From the NCBI RefSeq assembly GCF_018350175.1, contig NC_058368.1:190776001-190840000 (forward strand): DNA of 64,000 bases, written 5' to 3'. Made by a program: the position numbers and the translations under genes. Below, one piece after another: positions 1 through 12,462 of the stretch; position 1 is the stretch's first letter; every line of letters starts with the position of its first letter. The notes under the pieces were generated by a model that did no database searches, was not told the DNA's origin, and saw only the letters and a program-made list of their open reading frames with translations. The stretch comes from Felis catus (taxonomy: Eukaryota).

Positions 1-585
1 TACATATTAGGTGCTTAACTAATGTCAGTGATTTCATAAATGCCTTTTAAGGTCAATTTCTACTACAAGATTATGTAAATAAAGGAAGGGATATCCATCC
101 TGTATGACAAGCATAATTTATGCTGTATCAAGAAGAAACAGAACTTCCTATTAGGGGTGTCTTCCCCCAGCTGTTTCACCCCCGACTTCACAGATAAAAG
201 TAGGTCATCACACTGCTCTGAATAGGAGGCAAAGATTCAAACCCGACTTGTGTCATTTCTTTTAGTCCCCACTCCCAAAAACCATCTCTTGTAGAGCTCC
301 TATCTGTAGTTCCTTGCTTCTGCCATTACTTTGGAGTGAAGCCTTAAGTTAGGGAGGCAGCAGGGTCACCCCTCATCAGTGGCTAACATAGTGCAACCTG
401 CTGTATGTATGACCTGACATCAGGCACTATGGCAGCATTTGGGGGTGGGGGGAGAATGTAATCTATACAAAACCTGGAGAAATCAGAAAGGACATACATT
501 ACATGGGATGGAGGGCACAGAATCAGAGACACTCAAGTTTATTTACAACAGGACTTCAGTGTTCAATAGACCTTCCTGCTGGTCT

Positions 586-806
586 GGGGCTTCTCAAACT
601 CTGCCTTTGGGGCCAGATAATTCTTTGTTGTGAATGGCTGTCTTGTGCATTACAGGGTGTTGAGAAGGATCCCTGCCCTCTACCCATTAGATGCCAGTAG
701 CAACCCCAGTCACCCACGTTTGTGACAATCAAAGATATCTTTAGACACTGTCATTTATCTCTGAATGGGTGTGTGTGTGCAAAATTGCCCATGTTGAGAA
801 CAACTG
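586..806 (+). mobile_element. MER20-like hAT-Charlie non-autonomous DNA transposon
   Basis: ttctcaaac...ggccagataattctttgttgtg...ctctacccattagatgccagtagc...gttgagaacaactg follows the MER20 consensus, with TIR-like ends. Confidence 0.85.
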
Positions 807-1429
807 TCTAGTCCTGGTGTATCGTGGCATCTTCCTCCTACCCATTCCAGGCTAACTCCATTTCCAGAACTTAATGATAGAGCTCCACGTGAGGCAGGAG
901 GCCCTTTCATCTGGTCCGTGATACTGAACATGAAATGATACAGACATACCTCAGAGTCTGGAACCGTGTCTGAGTCTTGTTACATTCTAGCTAAATCCCC
1001 AGCTTAATGGAGAGACTGCACATTAAGTGCTCACTAAGCATTAACATTAAGACAGGGGACCTCACCTGCAGATGCTAGGGATTCATGGATAGAATTCACA
1101 TAGGTCCGTGAACTGTGAAAGGGCAGATTTTACATCATTATTTCCTCTCATCTTTAACTGAGATACATCATTCCTTTGATTGGAATGTAGAAAATGGTCC
1201 GTATTAATGATTACTCTGTGACTCTTTCACCAACAGAAATCACAGATTTCCTATCACAGTGAAGTTGTACACATCGCAAAGCCATCATTTAAGTCATCAC
1301 TACTTTGAAATGATGGTAATTCCTCGGCCTACAACTAGATCTTTTTAGATGTGTATAATGAAGACCTCAAATATTGTGTCACAAAACCATGTTTTATATG
1401 TTGATAACTATGTCATTGGCTTGCTTTGG

Positions 1430-1464
1430 TCAGAGGCTTAACTGACTGAGCCACCCAGGTGCCC
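1430..1464 (-). mobile_element. CanSINE 5'-end-only fragment
   Basis: Reverse complement reads gggcacctgggtggctcagtcagttaagcctctga (SINE head with A box), then the match stops. Confidence 0.8.
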
Positions 1465-1495
1465 TAGCATTTGCTATTTTAAATGCCTCAGATTT

Positions 1496-1657
1496 GGGGC
1501 GCCTGAGTGGCTCCATGGGCTGAGATTCCGACTTCGGCTCAGGTCATGATCTCATAGCTTGTGAGTCTGAGCCTCATGTCAGGCTCTGTGCTGACAGCTC
1601 AGAGCCTAGGGCCTGCTTCAGATTCTGTCTCTGTCTCTCTGCTCATACCCTGCTCAT

Positions 1658-1703
<46 letters not shown>

Positions 1704-1731
1704 ATATAAATAGACATTAAAAAATTTTTTT
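1496..1731 (+). mobile_element. CanSINE (SINEC_Fc-type), full length
   Basis: ggggcgcctgagtggctc head, long (CT)n, A-rich tail; TSD aaatgcctCAgatt 1481-1494 / aaatgcctTGgatt 1732-1745. Confidence 0.95.
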
Positions 1732-3807
1732 AAATGCCTTGGATTGAATGGGTACAATGGGTTTAACTCATAAATGGGCTAAAAAAACCATTCTGAGAGG
1801 AGGCCCATGATCTTCAGGAAAAAGAAAAACTGTGCTTTAGAATGGCCACCTAACAGAAATATCAGGCAAATGTTCAGAGATCATAATCAATCTCTTAGAA
1901 CTTTCTATATCATCTGCAGTGGTGCTTGGGGAAGAGCATGCTCACAGCAGAGGCCTAACCACTGTCAACGAGCAGTACGAGAGGTGGGTGACTGGTCCCA
2001 CCACAGGGCATGATGTCAGAGTAGAAATACACACTCGCTGTGTAAACTTGGGCAAGCTTACTTCCACATTCTTCCATCTCTTAATTTCTCAGATGGAGAT
2101 TTCTTTTCTTTTTTCCCCCCTCATCCTGAGCACCTTTAAGGGTGGTTTTGAAAATCAAATGAGATGGCAAAAACAAAAGCAAAACAGAAACTCCGTGGAA
2201 GTATTTTGATCTAACTAAATGCTACTACGCAGAGGGTGATTATACATTCAGTTCTCAAGGACTGCATTAGCTGTTTTGTGTCACCTCACTTGTGATTTGT
2301 GGTAGCAAAGACAGTCCCCCACACTGATTTCTCACACTTGTAATTGGTCTGTCTGTGGATCACAGAAGGAAAGGCGGCAGGAAGAAGATGGAGAGAGAAA
2401 GAGGAAAGGGCTCATTTTAACCACCAGTCAATTCAACTCCCATCCCGTAATTCATTTTTTATCCCCCAGCTGTTCAAGTGACAGGACTAAGTTTTTAAAC
2501 TGAAGTTCAGTTACCAGGCTGGACTGCAAGAATAAGAGTGGCTTTTGACATCTCCTTTCAAAGAGAACAGCTTCTTCTGATTGTTCTAACTTCATCCATT
2601 GAAATCCTTCAAGGGTTGACTCAGACCTCTACTTCTCAGTGAAGGCCTCTCTTTGGACCATGTGTGGCCCCAGTGTTCTGGGCACTTTAAGGGAGCACAG
2701 CCTTGCACATGGGTTTCTCTGGTACATTTTTCACATCTTATACTCTAGCCTAAGTTCGCAAACACAAGTAGAAACCATGCCTTATAAATCCAAGGCCCTG
2801 GCACCCTTCCTTGCTCCGCCAGACATCTATGATCAGAGTCTGCTAAGGAGAAACATCTTTTCAGAGTCTGGGAGGAAGAATTAGGCCACAGGAACTTAGG
2901 CTCTCATGCAAGGATTCCCTCATTAAACACAGCTAAAGCACTAGAGCCTGAACACTTCCCAATAACCAGTCAGCTAGACAGATAGGAAGTTGAGAGGGAA
3001 AGTCATTTTCCTTGGCAGCTGCGATGCATTTAACAGCCAAAGAAGAAAAGCACATTACCTTCCTCCATAGCTCATAGGCACTCTGCATATTGATTTCAAA
3101 TCAGCTCTCTCCTTTGTTTGGTTAAATGCAATCTCTGCCACAAGCCTGTGATACAATACAAGTACTTTAGATGTGCTCTGACCTCTGATCAGCTCCCATC
3201 AAGCACGTTAGCGGGAAGAACAATGAACTGCGTTCAGAATTCATCCGCCATGCTTGTGCCCTGTCCAACTGGGATAAAACTGCCCTTCCACATAGGCTCA
3301 GCCTGTTGCCCTTGGGCTGAGCGTGAACACGGGAAAGGTGAGCTGTCTGTGAACACTGAAGGTCTTGGAGAGCAGGCCGCATAACTTTCTTTTTGGAATG
3401 TCTTTTTGAATTAAACCTCCAAGCAGAGACCTCACAGATGTGTCTGGTCCCATAAATAGTGAGTCTGTCTGACCCACTCCCCAGCTCATCCTCCGTCACA
3501 CCATCCTGTAAATCACAAATCAGATCTCGTCACTCCCCTATTTGAAGCTCTTTAATGTCTTTCCATTACCCTTAAGTCTAAGTACCTTAATAATGACACA
3601 CAGTGGCCAAGATAATAGTATGGTTTTATAATAGATGCGTATGCGCACATCTCCATAATGATCCATGTATATATGTTTATCTATATATTTATATAACATA
3701 TAATATAGGCCACATGACATATACAACAAATATATACATACATTTGAAATATATATATGTGTGTATTTGTTGCTATAGGTCTTTGATACATGTTAAACGC
3801 ACAGGCT

Positions 3808-3895
3808 TTTTATACTAAAATACTGAATTGCACACTTTAAATGGACGAATTGTATGATATGGGAATTATATCTCAACAAAGGTACAAAAACAAAC
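3808..3895 (+). mobile_element. Old L1M 3'-terminal fragment
   Basis: actgaattgcacactttaaatggacgaattgtatgatatgggaattatatctcaacaaag is a typical L1MB/L1ME 3' end. Confidence 0.75.
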
Positions 3896-3899
3896 AAAA

Positions 3900-4148
3900 T
3901 ATAGACTTGAAATCTGATTATCGGGTTTGCATCTAACCTCAGCCATTTAATTTCCACATAACCTTGGGGAACCTGCTTCTGTGCTTGTCAGTCTGTTCGT
4001 ATGTAAAATGAGTATAACAACAAAACTTATATTACAGGGCTGTCTTGAGAATTGAGTTCACTTGAGTTAAATTGAGTTAACGTGAGTTATCTTGAGATTT
4101 GAATGGTATCTGGTATAGGGTAAGCTTTTAATAAATGTTAACTATCAT
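3900..4148 (+). mobile_element. MIR SINE
   Basis: accttggg...tgtaaaatgag..ataac...ggtaagcttttaataaatgttaactat matches the MIR core and tail. Confidence 0.75.
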
Positions 4149-5064
4149 AATTACAGCGGGTCTCTTTTCATATCTGGGCACTCTGCTCCTTGACCTCCAC
4201 CCTCTGGCCATGCTGGAGTTGCAAAACTTTTTCTAAAAGGTCACGCTTCTCCAGGACTTTGTACATGTCACTCCACACTCAGCCCTTGACCCCCTTTCCT
4301 TGACTAACTCCTATTTATTCCTCCAGTCTCCACTGAAACATCATTTCCTTCGGGAAGACTCCCTTACTGGCAAAATTAGGTTAAGATCTCCTAATTTTAT
4401 GTTTCCATGACGTCGTACTTCCCTCATGATAAGTCACATTCTTCTCATGTAAATGTTAACAATAGCTGTCTTTCTTGCTTGGCTATGGAATCCAGAAAGG
4501 TGGGGGCCCCAGTGCCCTTTGGTCGGCAAAGCAGCCGGCCACAGTAGGTGCTCAATTTGTTAAGTACACCTGAATTTCTTTTTAAGTGAGAACTCCTACA
4601 CTATGGCTTAAATAGTGCCAAGAACCTTCTTGTTGATGTCACTCCCTTTTTTTTTTTTTTTGGACCCATGAAAGTTCTTGCATCACGAATAACTTCCAAT
4701 TGTCTAAGTATACTTTTCTCTTTGGCTTACAGAATCAGAATCACATCAAATACTTCCATTAACAATTCAGCCACATCCTCTATAGTATGCTGCCAAGAGT
4801 GGAGCACTATGGGCAAGTCCTGTTAGCACATAGAGTAGCTAAGTGCCGACTTCTGTATTCTACCTGAGTTTGTAAGAAACATTTCCACTGATATTTAAGA
4901 TTTCACTGGGTGCACTGACAGCCCTATTGGACCATAACCTATTTGAGATTGAGAAACTTCTGTGCTGTGTCCTTACATCCCCGCATTGAGATTTGATTGG
5001 CAATAGTTGCACAAATGGTGCTCAAGAGGAACCTGTAGAAGGAACGATAGTAATATGTGTCAGT

Positions 5065-5270
5065 AACAGTGGGCACTTATCATGCACTTAGCACTGTGCC
5101 AGGAACGTTTCATATATTATGTAGGTACTCTGACCACCCTCACTTTACATATGAGCAACCTGAGGCTTTCAGAATTTAGACACTTGTCCGAAGTTATGCC
5201 ATTAGAGCCAGGAGAGGTATCCAGGCAGTCGGTCTCTAAACCCCATACCCATCCAACCATTCTGCTGTCC
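5065..5270 (-). mobile_element. MIR SINE
   Basis: cactttacatatgagcaacctgaggct...acttgtccgaag is the reverse MIR core. Confidence 0.75.
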
Positions 5271-7144
5271 TACCCTACTGTCGCAAAGGGAACTCTGGCA
5301 TTTGCTTCTATACTGTTCCCTGAGGGGTTCTGGACAATTTCTCCCCTCCCTCTCTCCTGATCTCTTTAGTTTAGATTCATCCTCACCACCGTACCCATCA
5401 TTCCTAGGAAAGACATGGTACAAAAGGGGTTAAGATTAGAAGAGTAGTACAGAGAAAAAGCACAGAGCAAGGTGGGAGGGAAAGCATAAGTTGCTGAGGG
5501 AAGTATTTTTAGCACTCTTTTCTCCCACTCAAATAAGCAGAATTAAATTCAAGTCCCTCCAATAAAGGAGAATGAAGTTAATTTCCTTCCCCAGTCTGCA
5601 CACTGAGAGTTTCTTATTCACATTGTCATCTCATTAAATTCCTAGTGTCACTGTGAAACACCAACATTCTCCTTGGTCTCTGCTGGGAAGAGAGAAAAAA
5701 AATCAACTCAGGTGACTTTTGGTTGAATAAGAATATTCTGCAACAGTGAATATAATTAAGGAGAAAGGTGACAATAAACCTACACTATATGGATAAGCTT
5801 TTGACATTGAAGATGTCCTGGCAGAACTTTATCCCCTCATTTGAAAACACTCTGTTCTTGGTATTAACTGCCAAGAAGAAAACTTTGATGATAAAAACAA
5901 ACCAACAGATGCCTGAAAGCACATTAGCTGTAGCTTGATAGAGAATTTCAAGTCGTGTTGGTTCCGCAGACAAAAAAGCTGAGACGTACCCCTCCCCAAG
6001 TGCTGGAATTGGTTCTCTTGAAAGCAGACAAAGAGTGAACCTCATCAACTCTTTAATCAAACTAGAAAGCTGACAAATGTCTCCCAACTGCCTTTCCCCC
6101 TCTTCCTACCCCACCACGTGCAAGTGAGGGAGACCATGGCTCAGCAACTGGGAGGTCTGCTAAGGCATTGCTTCTGGGACAGCTGGCAACGTTTACACAG
6201 TACAATGAATCCGTCATGCTGATATTAAATCACATCCCTCTTGCCAAATGGAGCCGTGTGTGGGGCCCAGCAAATGCTTTTGCATCAGGAATCAACCCCT
6301 CAAGCTTGGGGGATGAAGATGCACCTTGAACCGTGGCAGCTCATTGAGGCCTGTGCGCATGGGTGGGTGGGTGCATGAAATGAGGTGGTGGAATCATCCA
6401 GGCTTTTGTTAGTTTTGGGAGAATTACGACAGTTTTACTCCACAGCATTTCAGATGAAACCCTACTCTTGCTTTTTTTCATTAAGTATCTCTGGTTTATT
6501 AAGGTTGGGGTTGTTCATCCGAGACTTTCTCACTGCATTATTTATGGGAAATGTATCTTTATGATCAAATACATTTTTCCTGCATTCCTGTAAATAATAA
6601 ACCAAGTTTGGAATGAGATGCCAGACAACTCTACAAGAAGCAATTCTTTTTCAATAGTTGAATCTCCTGCAGATTATCTCTGATAACGATAACAGAGAGC
6701 GGAGAGAGGGCGCTGGCAGGTTCCAGGCTCTTCTGATTTGTTACACAAATGTTCCTATTAGACTGGGGGGCTCTCATCTCTCAAGAATCAATGTATGAAT
6801 TCATCATCATTTAAGAGGAATTGTGTTCCATTTTTACTATAACCTTTCGGCCTCTCTCATGCTTCCTTCCACTCATGGATAAGATATTTCAGAAAGGAAA
6901 AGAAACAGACAAAGATGGAGGACAAAGAAAAAGGGGGAGAGGTTGTTTAGAATCTACACACACCGCCTAAGGAGTGATTTGATCAGAGCCAAATAGCCAA
7001 CATCACATGGCTGGTAGGTATGGCAGAACCAGTTCATCACATTCTAAAGCACTGGGTTCCTTCTCATGGAGAAAGGCAGAGTAGATAAGGGAAAGCCTAA
7101 GAACACGGGATGGGGACTTCAACGTGTGAGGATGTGTCTGTGAG

Positions 7145-7900
7145 TCACAGACGTGACAAACCAGCCCTGGAGTTTTGTTCATAGGAAGAAATGGGCAAGT
7201 GGCTGTTTGGTGATGCTCTGTTTGAAAGGCATCTCTTAGTTCTTCCTCTGGGATGCCCTCCTAAGCCTAAGCACTCCTCTCTGGAGTCCATCTGTTCAAT
7301 GTGTATGGATGACTCTCTGGCCCTCTGCAAATGGAACATCTCTTGTGGCCACTGGACACTTGGCCTCTCCTTTAGGTGCCCAAGCATTAAGACCCAGGGC
7401 AACTGAAGCTGAACCATTTCTCTCCAATCTCAAACCTGCTCCTATCTAGTTCTATTAATGATTCTACAAGTATCTGACAAAGTACCCAACACCAGAGCCA
7501 TCCCAGACTTCCCTCTCTTGACCCTCCACATGCACTTAGTTACCAAGTGTCATCAGTTTTACTTTAAGATCCTCTTCTGGGCTGATGGCTCAGAGCCTGG
7601 AGCCTGTTTCCGATTCTGTGTCTCCCTCTCTCTCTGCCCCTCCCCCGTTCATGCTCTGTCTCTCTCTGTCCCAAAAATAAATAAACGTTGAAAAAAAAAA
7701 ATTAAGATGCTCTTTCCCATTTGTTCTCTCTTCTCTTTCCATCCTGGTTTAGGCCCTTATGAATCCTCAGCAAAAGCATAATAATACTCTCTTAACTTAG
7801 CTGCACATTCTCCCTCCCTCCCATTCTCTATGCAATCAGATTGGTTATCAAATATTGCAATGTTCAAAATCTTTCAATCCATTCTTGCAAAAAAAAAAAA
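7145..7900 (+). mobile_element. Degenerate L2 fragment interrupted by a CanSINE
   Basis: Pyrimidine-rich L2-like segments (cacttagttaccaagtgtcatcagttttac...ttctcttt) flank the SINE. Confidence 0.5.
7577..7701 (+). mobile_element. Young 5'-truncated CanSINE (Felis-type)
   Basis: ctgggctgatggctcagagcctggagcctgtttccgattc...aataaataaacgttg(A)n; TSD ttaagat(c/g)ctctt 7564-7576 / 7702-7714. Confidence 0.95.
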
Positions 7901-8560
7901 AAGTATTACTGAGCACTTACTAAGTACCAGGCACTATCCTAGAACCTGAAAAACAAAAGTGCCTTCTGTCATAAAGCTTACATCCTAGTGAGGAAGATAT
8001 GATATAAATAAACATATTTTTACGTAAAATAAACATTTATCACAACAATGCGTACTGTGATATCTGCCCTGAAGAGGAATAGAGCAAAGATACAGACTAG
8101 GAATATGCAAACTTCTTCCGGAAAGTGTCAAATAATAAATATTTTAGGCTTTGTGGGCCACATGATCTGTCTCAACTACTCAATCCTGCTGTTGGAGTGT
8201 GAAAGCGACCATAGATAATACTTAAAAAAATGAGCACGGCTGTGTTCCAATAAACATTACAAAACCAGGCAGTGCTTTCAGCCTCATTGGCCCAGAGGCT
8301 TACTTTGCCAGCTCTTGGTACAGAAAGTGCAAGCAGGAGTGTGCTATTTTTATAAGGTGGCCAAGGAAGACCTTTGAGATGAAGTGGCATTTAAGCCATA
8401 AAAGGAGAGAACCTTTATATGTAGACTGGAAAAGAGCATTCTATGTGGAGGGAAGAGTAGACACAAATGCTGGGAGATGAGAGCATGCTTGGTTATGAAG
8501 TGAGGAGTGAGGTGACAAAAATCCAGTGACTGTGGAGCTGAGTAAGCAAGAGGATGAGAA
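7900..8560 (-). mobile_element. L2 3' region (reverse) interrupted by MER58A
   Basis: ttactgagcacttactaagtaccaggcact...agcttacatcctagtg; resumes after 8320 with ggccaaggaagacc...gagcattct...gcatgcttgg. Confidence 0.75.
8096..8318 (+). mobile_element. MER58A-like hAT-Charlie MITE
   Basis: aaatattttaggctttgtgggcca...tctcaactactcaa...ggctgtgttccaataaa...tttgcca. Confidence 0.85.
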
Positions 8561-8654
8561 TTTGTAAAGCATCTTCTGGTGATCTTCACAATTCCTGGGT
8601 TCCATGGTCTCAGGCGCGGTTTTCAGAATTTTCCATGGTCATACCTTTGATTAC

Positions 8655-9085
8655 AATAATGAACATTTGTTGTTTCTTGCCCAGCGTCCATTCTCTCTTC
8701 TGGACACAACACCCCAGTTTCCCTTTGGAGAACTGTCCCCTGTAGCTCATTCTTGGTCATTTCCAACCTCAGCAGTGGCAGTGGAGATATGAATCACGCC
8801 TCGCTCACCAGCAAATTCCATCACTGAGGTCATAATGACTAGTCGGGGATGGGCATATGGCCCACACCAATCTAGTTAGAGGAAAAACTTAGGCCTTTGT
8901 TGGATTTATATTCAGAAGGTAAGCACTATTTCTGCTTTTGAAGACAAAAACCATAATTCTGTAACAGAGCTGAGAAGTGTTAAGAGAAAGAGAGTGACTG
9001 AATTTCAGTTACATTATTTGAGCCACTGAATCTAGCCTCAAGCCAACTACCAATGGACTTTTCCATCACAAGGCAATCAGTCTCC
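8655..9085 (+). mobile_element. ERVL solo LTR (LTR33/LTR16-like)
   Basis: tgcccagcgtccattctctcttctgg..caccccagtttccctttggagaac..., gggatgggcatatggccc, tttgagccactgaatc..., tggacttttc. Confidence 0.65.
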
Positions 9086-10249
9086 CCACCTCACGACCAA
9101 GTGAATCCTTATTGAAAAACACATGCTGTTCCATTCACCAAGCAAGCTCTCCCTGTCTATGTTTTGATTTGCCAACATGTACTCAAGACCTAGTGCAAAT
9201 GCTTCCCCATTTATGAAGCTTTCTAAACTCTCTCTAGCACACCACCCCACTGCACTCTAGCTGGATCCTGGAATTATAGTCACTCTGTTTCTATCCTTCT
9301 AAGCAGCTTGTTTTTAGGATGTGAGTCTCATCTCCCTGAAGAGACAGAGCTCCCTGAGAGAGCAGGGACAGGGACAGGTACACACATCTCTGTATCTCCA
9401 TGAAGCCAGAAGTCACAATTTAGAGCTTTAGGTATAGAAGTGGATATATGATACACACACACACACATCTATTTCATGAAAGACCACCACTAAGAATACT
9501 GCACTCCTTTCATCATAATTATCCATCGCCAGGATGCAGTAGTAAGTTTCATCAAAAACTAATTCAAAAGGCTAAATGTATCATCTGATGTCTTCCTAAG
9601 GAAAAAAAAATAGCATCAGACCACATTTAAATTTCTATAAATCTTCTGCTAATTTAAATGGATTTAGAATTAATTAAAAATGTTTTTCAATTGATAATAA
9701 TGTAACTCAGATAATTAGCATCAAGTAGCATCTAGAGGACATATTTAAAAAAACTAATCTAGAGTACAGACCTAATTAACAATTAGAATAACACTTTATA
9801 ATTATGCTTTGTTTATAAATGCTAGAATGTCCAATTCATTGTTCAATGAAATTGGTCATTAATGAAAATCAAAATTATTTTTCCCTGGTGTCTCCATGAA
9901 GATGCCTCTTAGATGCACTGGCTTTTATGCTGCCTATTTTCTTGGTGCTTTTTAAAGGCCATTCCTGTCTAATATTTAATAACTTTATTCTTTAATTAAA
10001 GCTGAACAATACCATACCTTATTGTGCACACTAACTTACACCTTTTTGGTAATTAAGCAGATGCATTTGACTACAAACCTGAATTCTCTCACGTCAAGCC
10101 TAAAGAGATAACTGTGCAGTATGGAAAACCCAAGGGTGACAAAGATACCGTGACCATATGAAGAGACATAGGGCTGGATACCTTCATGAAAGCAAAGAGA
10201 CTAGAAAACCAGGGAACTAGGAGACTCCTCGTCTAGGAGAACAACAGCC

Positions 10250-10735
10250 CCATCAGTGGAATTAGGGAAGTGGGTTCTGGAGAGGCAGGGAGGTTGCTGG
10301 AAGACACCTAAGTTCAGCTACAGAAGTGAAACTTCTAGAAAGACCTCTATGCAGAAAAATGCAGGCTAACTGCTGAGAACTTGGATTTAGAATTGAGAAG
10401 GCAGTTCAAAGTGAATACTGATTGAGAAGGTCATCTGAAAAGAAGCAAGTGTTGAAGCCATATAGAAGTGTGGGATTTCCCACAGAAATACAAAAACAGA
10501 GGAAAACAAGGACTGGACCTAGAGAGAGTCTACACCTGATGCCAAGTGTGAGTCCAGGCTACTTATACAAGATGAAAGAAGGGTTAGTGAGGGAAGCAGA
10601 GAAAAAGTCAGAGAAAAGTCAGAGACCTGGGAGAATGGTGGGAACAGCAGAGTATCCAGAATCCAAAAAGGGAGGAATTGTTGAAAAAGAGTTGCCTGGT
10701 TTTCTTTTCTCCTCCTTGTGGTACTAGTATGCTAT
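10250..10735 (-). mobile_element. Degenerate L2 fragment
   Basis: Purine-rich L2-like reverse segment (ttggatttagaattgagaaggcagttcaaag...gagacctgggagaatggtgg). Confidence 0.5.
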
Positions 10736-10759
10736 GGAGCTCAGGGAAGGTACAGACTA

Positions 10760-11010
10760 TTGTGATAGAAGTCACATGTGTAGTGGGAAGACTGCCTGGA
10801 TTCATATCCTGACTCCCTCAGTTTCTCTCTGTGGAAATTTGGGCAAGTTTTACATTACTCTGTGCCTCAGTTTGCTCGTCTGTACATCAAGGTGATAAGC
10901 CAGTGCCCTTCTTGACTCTTTGAAGGTTGCTGTGAGAAGCAAATGTGTTTATTCACGGTGATTTGTTCGGTATTTTGCACAGAGTAAACCCTTAACATGT
11001 GTTAGCTATA
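10760..11010 (+). mobile_element. MIR SINE
   Basis: gcctggattcatatcctgactcc...tgggcaagtt...ctctgtgcctcagtttgctcgtctgt...tgttagctat. Confidence 0.8.
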
Positions 11011-11107
11011 TCCATACTGTGACTTTTCTGGAGCAAAGTGATAAAAGCTGAGCCTACACTCAAATGAAAGTTACCAGCAAAGTTGTGGCAAAGTTGAGTG
11101 TCTTAGG

Positions 11108-11277
11108 TCATGGTTCTCAAACTTTGGCATGCATTAGAGCCACCTGGAAGCTTTGCTGGCCCCCAATCCTGAGTTTCTGGTTCAGTAGGTATGGGTGGGG
11201 CTTGAGAATTTGCAAGCCTAACAAGTACACTATAGCTGATGTTCTCCATTCAGGGACCCACACTTTCAGAACCACTG
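11108..11277. mobile_element. MER5A-like hAT-Charlie MITE
   Basis: TIRs tggttctcaaactt...cactttcagaaccactg; internal gagtttctggttcagtaggtatgggtggggc. Confidence 0.85.
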
Positions 11278-11624
11278 TCTTCATGAGTAGAGGAAAAGAT
11301 TCTACAAATCTGGCAATCCAGTCCAGGCCTTCAACCTCTTTTAAGTTCAATTTGAGAACACACATGCTAGCAAGATTTGTTTCATGTGCACGTGGGTGAA
11401 GTGGGCAGTGGAGCACTTCTTAGCTCTTAAAGGCTCTTTCTATTCTGGCCCTTCCTATGTCCAGGAAATCGGCTAGTCCAAACTTAACTGATATATGGAT
11501 ACTTCTATAAGTTCTCTGCCAATTTCTCTGAGTACTTTCTTTCATGGACAGAGAGGGCTGTGTAAAATTTTAGAATGTGATGGGTCCCCTGAAATCCAAG
11601 TGGACCAACTGAAACCATCACCAA

Positions 11625-11870
11625 CATGATGGTTAGCATGTATGGATGGCTTACCATGTGCCACCACTGTGCTATTCACTCTACATACACTTTACCATCC
11701 AGTTCTCCCAACTACTGTGACAGTCAAGCAGTATTATGCTATGGCACAGAGTAGAAAGATGCCTAGAAAGGTGAAGTGATATCATAAGGACTTGGCTGAT
11801 GAATGACAGAAACCAGGATTATTGGCCAGTGTCAACTACAAAACCTATGCTCTCAGCCACTCATCTAAGT
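11625..11870 (-). mobile_element. MIR SINE
   Basis: gcttaccatgtgcca.cactgtgcta...gaaaggtgaagtga...tgctctcagccact. Confidence 0.7.
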
Positions 11871-12265
11871 GGTTCTTGCCTTCTCTCTTTTCCTCAGGAA
11901 AGATGTGCATCAGCAATTACAATCCGTCTACAATGATACCCTTCTCCCTGCCCCCGTATCTCTTCCTGGATAATTATTCTGTATGAGGCATGGCTTCTAA
12001 TCCCTTTGTCAAACTATTCAGGGTCCTTTGAGTGTGCTTGAGGAAGTCATTGTCCTAAAAACTGAATAGGTGGGTGTGATTATCCAGAGAAGAATTTAAA
12101 CAACAAAGTTTCATATTTAGGAGGCATGATCTTCTTAGGCTTATTCCTTATTATTTTCTACTGCTATTCCTACTCAACTATCAATAGAAATAACTGATTT
12201 ATTTATGTATGTTTCTTATTATATTCATTTATCCTCCCATTCTTTATTTTGTTCCACCCTGTTTT

Positions 12266-12462
12266 AAATTTATTTTTAAGTGTTTATTTATTTGTTAGAG
12301 AGAAAGAGACAGAGTATGAGCTGGGGAGGGGCAGAAAAAGACAGAATCTGAAGCAGGCTCCAGGCTCTGAGCTGTCAGCACAGAGCCTGCCGTGGGGCTT
12401 GAACTCAGGAACTGTGAGATCATGACCTGAGCCAAAGTCGGACGCTTAACAAACGGAACCAC
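12266..12462 (-). mobile_element. CanSINE, slightly 5'-truncated
   Basis: tttatttattt...cagaatctgaagcaggctccaggctctgagctgtcagcacagagcc...gtcggacgcttaac. Confidence 0.92.

Larger units (their letters stand above)
1070..1840 (+). mobile_element. hAT-Charlie element (Charlie4a-like), interrupted by CanSINE sequences
   Basis: catggatagaattcac..ggtccgtgaact, accaacagaaatcacagat, catcactactttgaaat and, after the SINEs, cattctgagaggaggcccatga resemble a Charlie-family consensus; subfamily name tentative. Confidence 0.6.
3400..4570 (+). mobile_element. L2 3' region split by an AT-rich tract, an L1 3' fragment and a MIR
   Basis: aaatcagatctcgtcactcccctatttgaagc...; resumes about 4160 and ends cccagtgcc...cacagtaggtgctcaat (L2 3' end). 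Confidence 0.65.
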
